A stretch of DNA of 64,000 nt from Bacteroidaceae bacterium (GTDB lineage: Bacteria; Bacteroidota; Bacteroidia; Bacteroidales; Barnesiellaceae_A): positions 3,346 through 67,345 of the forward strand of contig JAFQRE010000043.1 of the NCBI GenBank assembly GCA_017410245.1. Direction: 5' to 3'. Within the stretch, counting starts at the first letter, position 1, and the number at the start of each line of letters is the position of its first letter. The notes under the pieces were generated by a model. The model was not told the DNA's origin, made no database searches, and was given only the letters and a program-made list of their open reading frames with translations. Both the position numbers and the translations under genes were made by a program. Below are positions 27,301 to 36,723 of this stretch, piece after piece.

Positions 27301-28981
27301 TGAAGCCTCGGGACATATAGTGCTGGAAGGAAACTTTGAACGTATATATATATATGGTGACGCATTTGCTCATAGTTTCTCTTTTGGAGTACCATTCATC
27401 AACACCCGCTATCACTTGTCGGATAGTATCCACTTCACACCCGACAAAATCTTCTTTGACAACATTACGGTATATGATGAATATGACAATACAGCCAAAG
27501 GTCGCGGTGTGATAAAACATAAATACTTCACACAGACACAATACGACATAGAGATATACGATGCCAATAATATGCTTGTATTTGATGTTCCTCGCACCAA
27601 TGCTATACCATACTATGGAACCATTTTCGGCAGTGGCAATGTTTCGGTAAAAGGCAACGACTACAACACCAACATCAATGTCGATATGACATCTAATCGC
27701 AACTCAAACTTCACATTTGCCCTTACCAATACCACCAATGCCGTAGATTACCCATTCCTCACCTTCTCCAACAAACGCGAACAAGACACCATCATTGTCG
27801 ATACTCACATCAGCGAAATTGATAGTTTTGTGATGCACAACAATATGCTCATGGAGAAGAAAAAGCAGTTGCCTACCATACAGAATGTATTGAACCTATC
27901 ATTGAATGCCAATATCACCCCCGATGCTGAGATAACCCTACTGATGAACGAAATGACAGGCGACAAACTTGAGGGATATGGAGATGGAATACTACGCCTC
28001 GAGTTTAACACTGCCGACAATGAGATTTTGATGTTTGGTTCGATAGATATAGATAAAGGAAACTACGACTTCAGTATCGAAGATATTATCACACGCGACT
28101 TCAAGATACAAGAAGGTAGCAGTGTATCGTTCCACGGCAATCCGCTCGACGCTACGTTAGATATAAATGCGATATACAACCTACAAGCCAATCTTGCCGA
28201 CCTTGACGAGTCGTTTACCAGCGACAGCGAGCTTACACGCACCATTGTTCCGGTCAATACCATACTGCTTATAAATGGCCCATTGACCACACCCGACATC
28301 AATTTCGACATTGAGTTACCTACCCTTAGTGCCGATATGGAAAGTCGCATGCGTAGCATTATCAGTACCGATGAAATGATGACCCGACAGATAATATATC
28401 TGTTGGCACTCAACCGTTTCTATACGAGCGAAAACAACTCCAACCAAAGCACTTACAACGAACTTGGAGCAATGGCGGCATCAACACTATCATCGTCAAT
28501 AGGCGCTCTGATGGGACAAATAAGCGAAAACTGGAATATTGCACCCAAGGTACGTAGCGATAGAGGCGACTTCTCCGATCTGGAAGTAGATCTCTTCCTG
28601 TCGAGCCAACTTCTCAACAACAGGCTTATCTTCAACGGCAACTTCGGCTACCGCGATAGTCGCTATAGCTCTACCAACTTTATCGGAGACTTCGACATCG
28701 AGTATCTGCTCACCGAAAACGGTAATTTACGTTTGAAGGGATACAACCACTTCAACGACCGCAACTACACCATGCGCACTGCTCTTACTACGCAAGGTAT
28801 AGGTCTTGTATATAAACACGACTTCAATACATGGAAAAACTTCTTTGAATTCTCCAAGCAGAAGTTATTTATTGAAGAAGAGGAGGACTATGAAGAGTAT
28901 GAGGAGTATGAAGAAGAAGAGTATATACCCGAACAGCCTACCGACACAGTACTCACCATCATGCCCGATATATTGGAGTAA
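24377..28981 (+). CDS. tamB: translocation and assembly module protein TamB (DUF490/AsmA-like giant envelope protein)
   Basis: Start is at MRKYFRIIKRIVQITLMTLVALYVFIYLIV, a single N-terminal anchor. About 1500 aa of beta-rich repeats follow. The C-terminal block LSSQLLNNRLIFNGNFGYRD...YNHFNDRNY...QGIGLVYKHDF is DUF490-like. Confidence 0.85.
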   Translation: MRKYFRIIKRIVQITLMTLVALYVFIYLIVSLPSVQDTLRSKAEGLLYETLEVPLTISRIEFSPFNRIELFNVTIPDQQGDTLLFAKKIGVGIALDELILHKRICLYNIQLFGLDANIYRETTSSETNLQFIIDAFTPQEKREPRPIDLRINSALIRRSKLSYNVTSEPYLAPQSFDANHINIEDISATINIRAFNKDTINAHIKRLSCREQSGLAIKRLSLQVQANRDHATLSNFALQLPNTSITPQIKVDYSQVYSSASIPDSAIIALDIDDSYITLSDIAALVPSLQHFDTPLFLSCHMQGCINDFSASDIRVALGADEAIELYTSISAQNILRKDSTHIECNPIRLHSQKHGATILGTNLNLQNDNIMKILSKTGDINLNSRISGSLSSLIAHASLYSGLGDLQADATISCDSTLSYLKGKIFLASDGIDLSTILGKESIADMIAFSADIMGEMQNGQLRNGRIDGQIDRLDFNNYSYSDIALKALANNGKYKGKLSISDPNGEINLSGEAENTHRNTSAHIDLSCKELDLAALNLLPQAAGNKLSFNLDARLAGKHIDTTDGEIYVDNLHYGNSTENFTLKDITIEATHSSQPNQLSIKSDYLNGDIEGTYTISTLPKTFGNIIARLLPSLVPAHKETEKSELTTYNNFDWHFNITPHIKMAQILKLPFTLTDTAQIDGFFIDSIQQAQLNILAPNVWIGLTHLEDLSVNLKHQDNQLDANAFTNLLNAKKEATSWAMAGVAKDDNVGITIDWDNNRLPKYNGKIKLDTRLSRNETNKSLAIDVDIRPTQFAINDTIWDIKPASILVEDKNIAVNHIDISRPGQHLYINGVVSQNAQDTLHVDLQDINLDYIFKTLNIDFVTFGGNASGRVDVANLYGEDPYICTRKLDINDFSYNQTVLGDLSVLSMLDLSDMGILIKGIINNHNNQESYVDGYIYPTQDSISIAFDVERIPLKFIRPFINTILIDAEGEASGHIVLEGNFERIYIYGDAFAHSFSFGVPFINTRYHLSDSIHFTPDKIFFDNITVYDEYDNTAKGRGVIKHKYFTQTQYDIEIYDANNMLVFDVPRTNAIPYYGTIFGSGNVSVKGNDYNTNINVDMTSNRNSNFTFALTNTTNAVDYPFLTFSNKREQDTIIVDTHISEIDSFVMHNNMLMEKKKQLPTIQNVLNLSLNANITPDAEITLLMNEMTGDKLEGYGDGILRLEFNTADNEILMFGSIDIDKGNYDFSIEDIITRDFKIQEGSSVSFHGNPLDATLDINAIYNLQANLADLDESFTSDSELTRTIVPVNTILLINGPLTTPDINFDIELPTLSADMESRMRSIISTDEMMTRQIIYLLALNRFYTSENNSNQSTYNELGAMAASTLSSSIGALMGQISENWNIAPKVRSDRGDFSDLEVDLFLSSQLLNNRLIFNGNFGYRDSRYSSTNFIGDFDIEYLLTENGNLRLKGYNHFNDRNYTMRTALTTQGIGLVYKHDFNTWKNFFEFSKQKLFIEEEEDYEEYEEYEEEEYIPEQPTDTVLTIMPDILE

Positions 28982-29049
28982 CGACTTACTATCATCAAGG
29001 TCGCACACCTGCTTATCAGCACACTACAGCATAGAACGCGATATAGCAC

Positions 29050-29089
29050 ACAACAAGAGCGCAACTCATATGAGTTGCGCTCTTGTTGT
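29050..29089. terminator. bidirectional terminator between tamB and rpmH
   Basis: A 40-nt near-perfect palindrome: ACAACAAGAGCGCAACTCA-TA-TGAGTTGCGCTCTTGTTGT. Confidence 0.75.
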
Positions 29090-29144
29090 ATCGAATGTAT
29101 TGGAATCCAATGTTATATCGGACTCATAATCTTGAGCAACAAGA

Positions 29145-29300
29145 TTATTTCTTGTACATCTCGTCCGATACGGTGAGTACCTTGCGGCCTTTTGCGCGAC
29201 GGCTAGCGAGAACACGACGACCATTAGCGGTAGACATTCTCAAGCGGAAACCGTGCTTGTTTACTCTCTTTCTGTTTGAGGGTTGAAATGTTCTTTTCAT
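29145..29300 (-). CDS. rpmH: 50S ribosomal protein L34
   Basis: Not in the ORF track (51 aa). My translation of the minus strand is [51 protein letters not shown], the canonical L34 sequence. Confidence 0.95.
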   Translation of the reverse strand: MKRTFQPSNRKRVNKHGFRLRMSTANGRRVLASRRAKGRKVLTVSDEMYKK

Positions 29301-29344
29301 TGCCTGATATTTTTTGTGTTATTATTCTTCCAATTATCGGAGTG

Positions 29345-29352
29345 CAAAATTA
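29345..29352 (-). promoter_or_regulatory. putative -7 promoter box for rpmH
   Basis: The minus strand reads TAATTTTG, 45 nt upstream of ATG 29300. Confidence 0.45.
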
Positions 29353-29418
29353 GCTACTTTTTTTTAATATACCAACTTTTTGCACCACTCTTTTTTCATT
29401 TATCTACACAAAGTTTCT

Positions 29419-29973
29419 TCATGGGCGTTTAGCGACACCTTGAGGGGTAACAATATAGTGCATTACACGGTCGTGTACCTCGGCCGGAACGGCCTCTACC
29501 AATTGACAATTGTAGCACACACCTACACATACAGCTTGGGTACGCGACAGCAAGCGGTCGTAGTAGCCCTTGCCACGACCCAATCTGTTGCCGGCACTAT
29601 CAAACGCTACACCGGGAACTATAATGAGTTGTAACACATCGGTATCAATGTCGTAGCCTGTAGGCTCCATGATATCGAATGCCCCTTGTTGCATTGCCTC
29701 GCTACTATAACGACGCACCACAAGGTCATCTCCCACAACCACCGGCAGATATATTGTCTTGCCGCAAGCCACCCAACGATCTATAACAAGATGGGTACTC
29801 AATTCATCGGGTAGTGAGTGATAGAGCAATATGTGTTGCACTTGGGAAAACTCGGGTATGTTCTCCACATGCTCCCACACAGCTCTACTCTCTGCAACTT
29901 TCTCTTCGGCCGTAAGAGCAGCCTTGCTTTGGCGCATCTGCTTACGCAGAGTCGGTTTATCTATCATGGTCAT
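29419..29973 (-). CDS. 5-formyltetrahydrofolate cyclo-ligase
   Basis: LRKQMRQSKAALTAEEK..., LLYHSLPDELST, IIVPGVAFDSAGNRLGRGKGYYDR match the family. The start is ambiguous: ATG 29973 abuts the upstream stop, while 29991 (ORF track) and 29967 are alternatives. Confidence 0.85.
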   Translation of the reverse strand: MTMIDKPTLRKQMRQSKAALTAEEKVAESRAVWEHVENIPEFSQVQHILLYHSLPDELSTHLVIDRWVACGKTIYLPVVVGDDLVVRRYSSEAMQQGAFDIMEPTGYDIDTDVLQLIIVPGVAFDSAGNRLGRGKGYYDRLLSRTQAVCVGVCYNCQLVEAVPAEVHDRVMHYIVTPQGVAKRP

Positions 29974-29974
29974 A

Positions 29975-31636
29975 TTATTCTGTTGTTTCATTATTCTCGA
30001 TTGGCAACTCGGGCAAAGCCTTACCCTCTTTGATGAGACGGCATGCCTCTTCTATCACCTTATCATCTCCCATAAAGATGGGATAGAAAGCCTCATCGCC
30101 CAATATGTCGCGTGCTATATAGGCTTGCAATAGGCGCACAAGTACCGGTCGTGATATATTTATCTCATTATATTGAGCCGGCACACCGTTTTCGGCAGCA
30201 TAGGCAATAAAGTCATTGAGCAACTTATTGCTATTGAGCATCTTCAGCAATTCCTTGTAATCATCGGCACGAGAGAGTTGTTTACGATTATCATCGACAT
30301 ACTCAAAGGCATACTTGTACAACAAGCTCTTGTTTACAACGTCGGTATAGTATGGTGTAATGTGAGTTGTATCGCTGGGAATAAACACATCGGGCATAAT
30401 ACCGCCTCCGCCATACACGGTACGACCTCCGGCTGTGGCATATACCAAGTCGGTGTGTTGTTGTATGCTATCGGCATTGAAGAACTCGCCACGATTGTAA
30501 CGGTTGAGAATATCCATATTATACTCATCATCATCGCCCATATTATACTCTTTCTGAATGCAACGTCCCGAAGGAGTGTGGTAACGAGCTACAGTGAGGC
30601 GTACAGCCGAGCCATCTGATAGAGGCATCTGACTCTGCACCAATCCCTTACCAAACGTGCGACGACCCACTACAAGCCCCCTGTCGTTGTCTTGTATAGC
30701 TCCGGCAAAAATCTCGCTGGCCGAAGCCGACCACTCATCGGTGAGAACTACAATAGGAGCTTCTTTAAACGAACCCATACCATTCGACACAGCATCTTCA
30801 CGAGGGAATGAACGACCCTCGGTATAAACGATAAGCTGGCCGGCTTGCATAAACTCATTGACCATATTGATAGCAGCGTCCATATAGCCACCGCCATTGC
30901 CACGCAGGTCAATAATATAGTTTTCGGCACCTTCGTTGCTGAGGCGGGCCAAGGCCACAAGAAACTCCTCAAAGGTAGTACGGCCAAACTTACTTACAAG
31001 TATATAACCAATACCGGGCTCTATCATATAAGCAGCATCGACACTATGCAAAGGTATATCGCCACGCTCCACTTCGAAGGTGAGCAATTCGTCCTCGCCT
31101 TGACGCATTATGCCCAATTTCACCACACTCCCTTTCTCGCCACGTAGGTTTTTCATCACCTTTTCATTGGAGATGTTTTTACCCACATACAACGAGTCAT
31201 CGACCATAATAATACGATCGCCGGGCAACAAGCCACAACGTTCTGATGGGCCACCCGATATGACATCAACCACATTGATGGTATCGTTGAGCAAATTGAA
31301 CTGTATGCCTATACCCGAGAAAGAGCCTTCGAGTTCCTCATTGACACTCTCCAGGTCTTCGGCCGGGATATAGGCCGAATGTGGATCAAGTTCTTTCAAT
31401 ACGGCAGTCATCGCATTGTCGGTGAGTTCTTTACTATCTACACTATCGACATATTGTTGCTCGATGATATGCAATAACATATTGAGGTTGTTGCGACGCG
31501 CATACTCATAGTCGTACGTGTCGTACAATTGGTATTCAGATGAGTTGGAATTCCAGCTACCGATAATCATACCGATAACCACTGCAACCGATGCCCAAAA
31601 AGGCAACCATGCATAACTGAATTGCGGGGTCTTCAT
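29975..31636 (-). CDS. S41 family carboxy-terminal processing peptidase
   Basis: The PDZ region is GGPSERCGLLPGDRII. The catalytic block is TDEWSASASEIFAGAIQDNDRGLVVGRRTFGKGLVQ. Confidence 0.9.
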   Translation of the reverse strand: MKTPQFSYAWLPFWASVAVVIGMIIGSWNSNSSEYQLYDTYDYEYARRNNLNMLLHIIEQQYVDSVDSKELTDNAMTAVLKELDPHSAYIPAEDLESVNEELEGSFSGIGIQFNLLNDTINVVDVISGGPSERCGLLPGDRIIMVDDSLYVGKNISNEKVMKNLRGEKGSVVKLGIMRQGEDELLTFEVERGDIPLHSVDAAYMIEPGIGYILVSKFGRTTFEEFLVALARLSNEGAENYIIDLRGNGGGYMDAAINMVNEFMQAGQLIVYTEGRSFPREDAVSNGMGSFKEAPIVVLTDEWSASASEIFAGAIQDNDRGLVVGRRTFGKGLVQSQMPLSDGSAVRLTVARYHTPSGRCIQKEYNMGDDDEYNMDILNRYNRGEFFNADSIQQHTDLVYATAGGRTVYGGGGIMPDVFIPSDTTHITPYYTDVVNKSLLYKYAFEYVDDNRKQLSRADDYKELLKMLNSNKLLNDFIAYAAENGVPAQYNEINISRPVLVRLLQAYIARDILGDEAFYPIFMGDDKVIEEACRLIKEGKALPELPIENNETTE

Positions 31637-31644
31637 GATGTTTC

Positions 31645-32079
31645 TTATTTTTCAAAATCTTTAAGATGTACAATCTCAATACCATTGCGCTGTAGAAGTT
31701 CTACACCATCGGTATTGTGATAGAGTTCCGAAAATACGACACGGCGAATACCGGCTTGTATAATAAGCTTGGAACACTCGATACAAGGCGAACATGTAAC
31801 ATACAGTGTAGCGCCCTCGCTACTATTGTTGCTACGCGCCACTTTGGTAATTGCATTAGCCTCGGCATGAAGCACATATGGTTTGGTACGTCCACTTTCG
31901 TCCTCACATATATTTTCAAATCCCGATGGTGTTCCATTAAATCCATCGGAGATTATCATTTTTTCTTTAACAATAAGGGCTCCCACCTGACGGCGCTTGC
32001 AATAAGAGTTCTCGCCCCATATACGCGCCATGCGTATATAACGCTCGTCAAGAAGATGTTGTTTCTCTGAGTTTTCCAT
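31645..32079 (-). CDS. deoxycytidylate (dCMP) deaminase
   Basis: The zinc motifs HAEANAI and CSPCIECSKLI are present. At 144 aa the size and spacing fit the ComEB/dCMP deaminase family. Confidence 0.85.
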   Translation of the reverse strand: MENSEKQHLLDERYIRMARIWGENSYCKRRQVGALIVKEKMIISDGFNGTPSGFENICEDESGRTKPYVLHAEANAITKVARSNNSSEGATLYVTCSPCIECSKLIIQAGIRRVVFSELYHNTDGVELLQRNGIEIVHLKDFEK

Positions 32080-32123
32080 ATTTTATTAATACGCTATATC
32101 AATGAGGCATATCATACAAATTG

Positions 32124-32131
32124 CAAAAATA
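32124..32131 (-). promoter_or_regulatory. putative -7 promoter box for the dCMP deaminase-S41-FCL unit
   Basis: The minus strand reads TATTTTTG, 45 nt upstream of ATG 32079. It forms one arm of a 9-bp inverted repeat. Confidence 0.4.
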
Positions 32132-32242
32132 AGATATTTTTGCGACATAATGAGTTGGTAGAACAATTTTTAGTAAAAATATAAACTTGCAAAGACTCAA
32201 TACAACGATACTTATTGCATTGTGAAAACAATGGGTACCGGT

Positions 32243-33610
32243 TTAGTTCCAACCGCCACCCAATGCTTTGTATAATACTATTAAGGCTATATATTCATCG
32301 CGAATGGCATTGGAAAGGTCAATCTCGGCATTGAGATAGCTGCGTTGCGCATCTAATACATTTATATAATTGATGTGACCATTGATGTGCTGGAACATCG
32401 CCAAATTGAGATATTTCTGAGCCGATTCTTTGAGATTGGTCATGAGTTCAACTTTCTCGTTGGCCGATGTGTAGGCTACAGTAGCATCGTTCACTTCTTG
32501 AAATGCTTGTAACACCAATTTTTCATATTGATATCGCTCTGCATCATAGGCTTTGATGGCAGCTTCATACTTGGCCTTACGCTTACCGAAGGCAAATATT
32601 GGAGCTGTCAGTTCACCTATCATATAAGTAAAAGGTGCAGAAAGAAAGCCTTCAAAGGAGTTGTTTTCCAGTCCGCCTTGTAGGCTGATGGAGAAACGGG
32701 GAAATCTATCGGCCCAAGCATATCCTGCTTTGGCCATAGCAGCTTTCAGTGATTGCTCGCATGCTCGTAGGTCTGGACGACGTCGCAACAAGTCTGACGG
32801 AATACCTACCTCCGGGCGTAATTGGGTATCTTTGTACCGCGATATTGCCGAACGTCGAATACTTGTAGGCATTTGCCCTGTCAATACCGATATTTCGTTC
32901 TCTTTGGTCTCTATTTTACGGCGTAAGTCGGGAATGAGTGAAGCGGTTGTTGCGTACTCAACAATGGCTTGCCGATATGGAATTTCCGAAGTAAGACCTC
33001 CTTCAAATCGGAGCTTGGCTTTATTTAAGTCTTCTTCTCGTGTCGCGAGGGTGCGAGCGATAATGTCCAATTCGTTGTCAAGAGCCATCAGTTCAAAGTA
33101 TGCTATAGCTACATCGGCAACTAAAATCATTTGCAAGGCACGTTGTCCTTCAACTGTTTTCAGATAGTTGGCAAGCGCTAGACGGTTGTTCCATCGCACT
33201 CTGCCGAAGAAATCGAGTTCCCACGATAGTGTCAGTGTGGCCGACACCTCTAAATCGGCAACAGGGTCGGAATTACTTTTGTCGTTGGTTTCACGATCTA
33301 CATAGGCATCAGCATCGAGCGATGGGAAATAATCACTCTTGGCCACGCGATACAATTTCTCTAACTCTTCGACCCTTGCCGCTGCAGTGAGCAGATCTTT
33401 GTTGTTGGCAATTGTCAACTCTATGAGCTCGACAAGACAAGAGTCGGCAAATATATCATACCATTTAAGGTCGGCCATGCACATCGAGTCGGCCTCCATA
33501 CCGGCCACTATCTCGGTGGGGAGTTCTACTTCGGGCTGGGTGCATCGTTTTGAGATAGAGCAACCACATGTAAGCAGGACAACTATGATGGTGTATAATA
33601 ATTGTTTCAT
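32243..33610 (-). CDS. efflux transporter outer membrane factor lipoprotein (TolC/NodT family)
   Basis: Lipobox VVLLTCGCS. There are two TolC-like repeat halves. The ATGA overlap with the RND pump stop makes it third in the MFP-RND-OMF operon. Confidence 0.85.
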   Translation of the reverse strand: MKQLLYTIIVVLLTCGCSISKRCTQPEVELPTEIVAGMEADSMCMADLKWYDIFADSCLVELIELTIANNKDLLTAAARVEELEKLYRVAKSDYFPSLDADAYVDRETNDKSNSDPVADLEVSATLTLSWELDFFGRVRWNNRLALANYLKTVEGQRALQMILVADVAIAYFELMALDNELDIIARTLATREEDLNKAKLRFEGGLTSEIPYRQAIVEYATTASLIPDLRRKIETKENEISVLTGQMPTSIRRSAISRYKDTQLRPEVGIPSDLLRRRPDLRACEQSLKAAMAKAGYAWADRFPRFSISLQGGLENNSFEGFLSAPFTYMIGELTAPIFAFGKRKAKYEAAIKAYDAERYQYEKLVLQAFQEVNDATVAYTSANEKVELMTNLKESAQKYLNLAMFQHINGHINYINVLDAQRSYLNAEIDLSNAIRDEYIALIVLYKALGGGWN

Positions 33611-36600
33611 ACTTTCTCGCGTTTAGTTCTCATACGTTCTTTTATTTTATGTATCCAAACAAAGAAGAAGGGTACTAAAATAATACCGATGGTCATAGCT
33701 ACAAGCATACCACTGAAAACACCTACTCCAATGCTTTGTCGGCTTGCCGAGCCAGGACCCGAAGCCCAAAGCAAAGGTAACATACCCAAGATAAATGTCA
33801 ATGATGTCATAACAATAGGTCTAAAACGCAATGTGCCGGCTATGACAGCCGCCTCGATGACATCGACACCCTTACCGACTTGTTCTTGGGCAAACTCGAC
33901 TATGAGTATAGCATTCTTGGCGGCCATACCTATAAGCATTACTATACCTATCTGGAAATAGATGTTATTTTCAAGTCCCGATATGCCTATTCCTACAAAA
34001 GCTCCTATACAAGCTACAGGCAATGATAGGAGTACGGCAATGGGAACTGACCAGCTTTCGTACTGAGCTGCCAAAAACAGAAAGACAAATAAGAATGCTA
34101 ACAGAATGACAATTCCTGTCTGTCCGCTCTGTTTCTTCTCTTGATACGATAGTCCACTCCATTCAATGCCGATGCCCGATGGTAATTTTTCGGCTGCAAT
34201 CTCTTCCAATACTTTCATAGCTTGTCCCGAACTATAACCCGAGGCACTCTCACCTGTAATGGTCGATGCGTAATACATATTAAATCTCTTTAAACTTCCA
34301 GGGCCTGTGACATAGGAGGTTGTACCTAATGATGTGATAGGTATCATTTCTCCACTATTACCCCTGACAAAGTACAAGTTCATATTGTCGGGGTGTGCCC
34401 GATAGGGAGCTTCGGCTTGAAGATATACGCGATACACGCGATTGAAAAGGTTAAAGTCATTGACGTAAACCGAGCCTGTGTATGCCTTCATTGTGGTAAA
34501 AATATCGGCAACCGATACCCCCATGAGTTTGGCCATGTCGCGGTCTATATTCAGATATAATTGTGGTATTTCATCTTGTATCGAAGACGATATGCGTGCT
34601 AGTTCCTTGCGTTGTGATGCATAGTAGATAAGAGTGTCGGTTGCTGCTTTAAGATTGTCGTAATTCATACCACCTCTTGCTTCGAGAACCATCTCAAATC
34701 CACCCGATGTTCCCAGTCCCGGTATAACCGGTGGGGTATTCATATATACTTTAGCCTCGGGATAAGTATGGAAGTGATCTCTTATCTGTTTCATTATGAC
34801 CGCCAAATCTTTATCTTTTCTCTTGTCCCATTCCTTCATAATGACCGTAAACTGGCAGTGCGATTGGCTTGTACCGAGACGTGGACTGCTACCGGTTACA
34901 TTCAGTACATGTTTGACATCATTGAGCGATAGTAAGTATTCCATGGCTCGATCAGATACTTCGCGAGTGCGTTCTAATGATGCACCTTCAGGCAATTCCA
35001 ACTCAACGGTGAAGTAGCCTTGATCTTCCTGAGGTATGAAACTCTGTGGGATATATCTTGTGAGAAAAAACACAATGACTATTGCTACTACATAGCCTAT
35101 AAATATTCGCGAAGAGTTGTTAATGGTGCTTCTGATAAGTTTGCTATACATTTTATTACCCATGTCGAGCCAACGATTGATAGTGACAAATATGGGTGTA
35201 AGCCAGCGATTATTTTCCTCTTTCTTTTGTAGTATCTTTGAACACATTACCGGACTTAGTGTCAGTGCTACAAATGTGGAAATGATAACCGAAACGGCAA
35301 TGGTTATGGTAAATTGTCGGTAGAGCGAACCTGTAATACCCGATAAAAAACTGACAGGAATGAATACGGCACACAATACAAGCGATGTGGCTATCAATGC
35401 ACTGGCCAACCCGTCCATTGCTTTCTTTGTCGCTTCGTAGGCCGATAATCCTTCTTTTTTCATAAGCATATCAACATTTTCCACCACGACAATAGCATCA
35501 TCTACAACGGTTCCTATGGCAAGTACAAGACCGAGCAATGTGAGTGTGTTGAGTGTAAATCCAAACACCAACATCACGCCAAATGTACCTATCAGCGAGA
35601 TGGGCACTGCAATGGCAGGAATGAGGGTCGAACGCCAACTCTGCAACGAGAGAAAGACTACTAAAATAACTAATATCAGAGCCTCAAACAAGGTCTTATA
35701 CACCTCATTGATTGACTGTGATATGTACTCGGTCATGTCGAATGGTATTTCGTAGGTAATGCCTTGCGGAAAGTTGCGACTTATCTCCTCCATCGCCTTC
35801 TTGACTTCTTTCGACACCTCCATAGCATTCATGCCGGGTAACATTTTCAGTTCCAGCACCGCAGCATTTTCTCCATTTATGCCACTCTCTGTATTGTAAG
35901 ACTGAGCTTCAAGTTCAATATCGGCAACATCTCTGAGTCGAAGTATCGAACCATCGCTATTGGCTTTGATAACGATGTCCTCAAACTCGCTTATCGATGA
36001 TAGGCGACCACGAGCAACGATGGGGATAGTTATATCTATACCTTCAATGGGCTGTTGTCCCATGACACCGGCAGCCGATTCTCTGTTTTGTTCTTTAATG
36101 GCGTTGGTTATATCTTGTACTGTCAGACCAAGTGCTGCCAGATTTTCGGGTCGAACCTTAATCTGCATGGCATAGTATCTACTACCTATGTTAGAAACTT
36201 GTCCGATGCCATTAACTCGACGTAGCATATCCAACACGTTGAGTGTAGCATAATTACTCAGATATATTTCGTCGAATTTGGGATCACTGGATTTCAGGAC
36301 GATAGTCATTAACTTGCTAGATGCTTGCTTGTCTATCGATATACCATTTTGCACCACTTCGCCAGGCAGACGCGATTCGGCTTCTTTTACTCTGTTTTGC
36401 ACCTCAACGGCTGCCAAGTCGGCATTGGTTGAGATGTCGAATGTGAGTGTTGCCGAGAAACTACCATTATTTGCACTCCGCGACTCCATGTATAGCATAC
36501 CCGGAGTTCCATTCAGTACTTGCTCGATAGGTGTTGCAACTGCTTGCGATACTGTCTCGGCACTTGCTCCGGGGTAGGAAGCCGAGATCTTGACTACCGG

Positions 36601-36723
36601 CGGAACAATGTTGGGATATTGGTCTATTGGTAGTAATAGTACCCCTATTAATCCGGTAAGAACAATTATAATGGATATAACTGTTGAAAATATAGGACGG
36701 TCTATAAAAAAATTATTATTCAT
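33607..36723 (-). CDS. RND efflux transporter permease (AcrB/HAE1-like)
   Basis: 1038 aa. The N-terminus is FFIDRPIFSTVISIIIVLTGL. A 12-TM architecture with two large loops is typical of AcrB-like pumps. Confidence 0.9.
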   Translation of the reverse strand: MNNNFFIDRPIFSTVISIIIVLTGLIGVLLLPIDQYPNIVPPVVKISASYPGASAETVSQAVATPIEQVLNGTPGMLYMESRSANNGSFSATLTFDISTNADLAAVEVQNRVKEAESRLPGEVVQNGISIDKQASSKLMTIVLKSSDPKFDEIYLSNYATLNVLDMLRRVNGIGQVSNIGSRYYAMQIKVRPENLAALGLTVQDITNAIKEQNRESAAGVMGQQPIEGIDITIPIVARGRLSSISEFEDIVIKANSDGSILRLRDVADIELEAQSYNTESGINGENAAVLELKMLPGMNAMEVSKEVKKAMEEISRNFPQGITYEIPFDMTEYISQSINEVYKTLFEALILVILVVFLSLQSWRSTLIPAIAVPISLIGTFGVMLVFGFTLNTLTLLGLVLAIGTVVDDAIVVVENVDMLMKKEGLSAYEATKKAMDGLASALIATSLVLCAVFIPVSFLSGITGSLYRQFTITIAVSVIISTFVALTLSPVMCSKILQKKEENNRWLTPIFVTINRWLDMGNKMYSKLIRSTINNSSRIFIGYVVAIVIVFFLTRYIPQSFIPQEDQGYFTVELELPEGASLERTREVSDRAMEYLLSLNDVKHVLNVTGSSPRLGTSQSHCQFTVIMKEWDKRKDKDLAVIMKQIRDHFHTYPEAKVYMNTPPVIPGLGTSGGFEMVLEARGGMNYDNLKAATDTLIYYASQRKELARISSSIQDEIPQLYLNIDRDMAKLMGVSVADIFTTMKAYTGSVYVNDFNLFNRVYRVYLQAEAPYRAHPDNMNLYFVRGNSGEMIPITSLGTTSYVTGPGSLKRFNMYYASTITGESASGYSSGQAMKVLEEIAAEKLPSGIGIEWSGLSYQEKKQSGQTGIVILLAFLFVFLFLAAQYESWSVPIAVLLSLPVACIGAFVGIGISGLENNIYFQIGIVMLIGMAAKNAILIVEFAQEQVGKGVDVIEAAVIAGTLRFRPIVMTSLTFILGMLPLLWASGPGSASRQSIGVGVFSGMLVAMTIGIILVPFFFVWIHKIKERMRTKREKV

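Noticed and set aside
28875-28925. GAA/GAG/TAT-rich repeat at the tamB 3' end, considered as a microsatellite or contingency locus.
   Set aside because: The repeat is imperfect at the nucleotide level and in-frame, so it is better explained as a low-complexity acidic protein tail. It is reported as a low-interest finding instead.
29050-29089. 40-nt near-perfect palindrome, considered as a possible IS end, att site or recombination site.
   Set aside because: It sits exactly between two convergent genes (tamB and rpmH). No recombinase or second copy exists in the window. It behaves as a bidirectional terminator.
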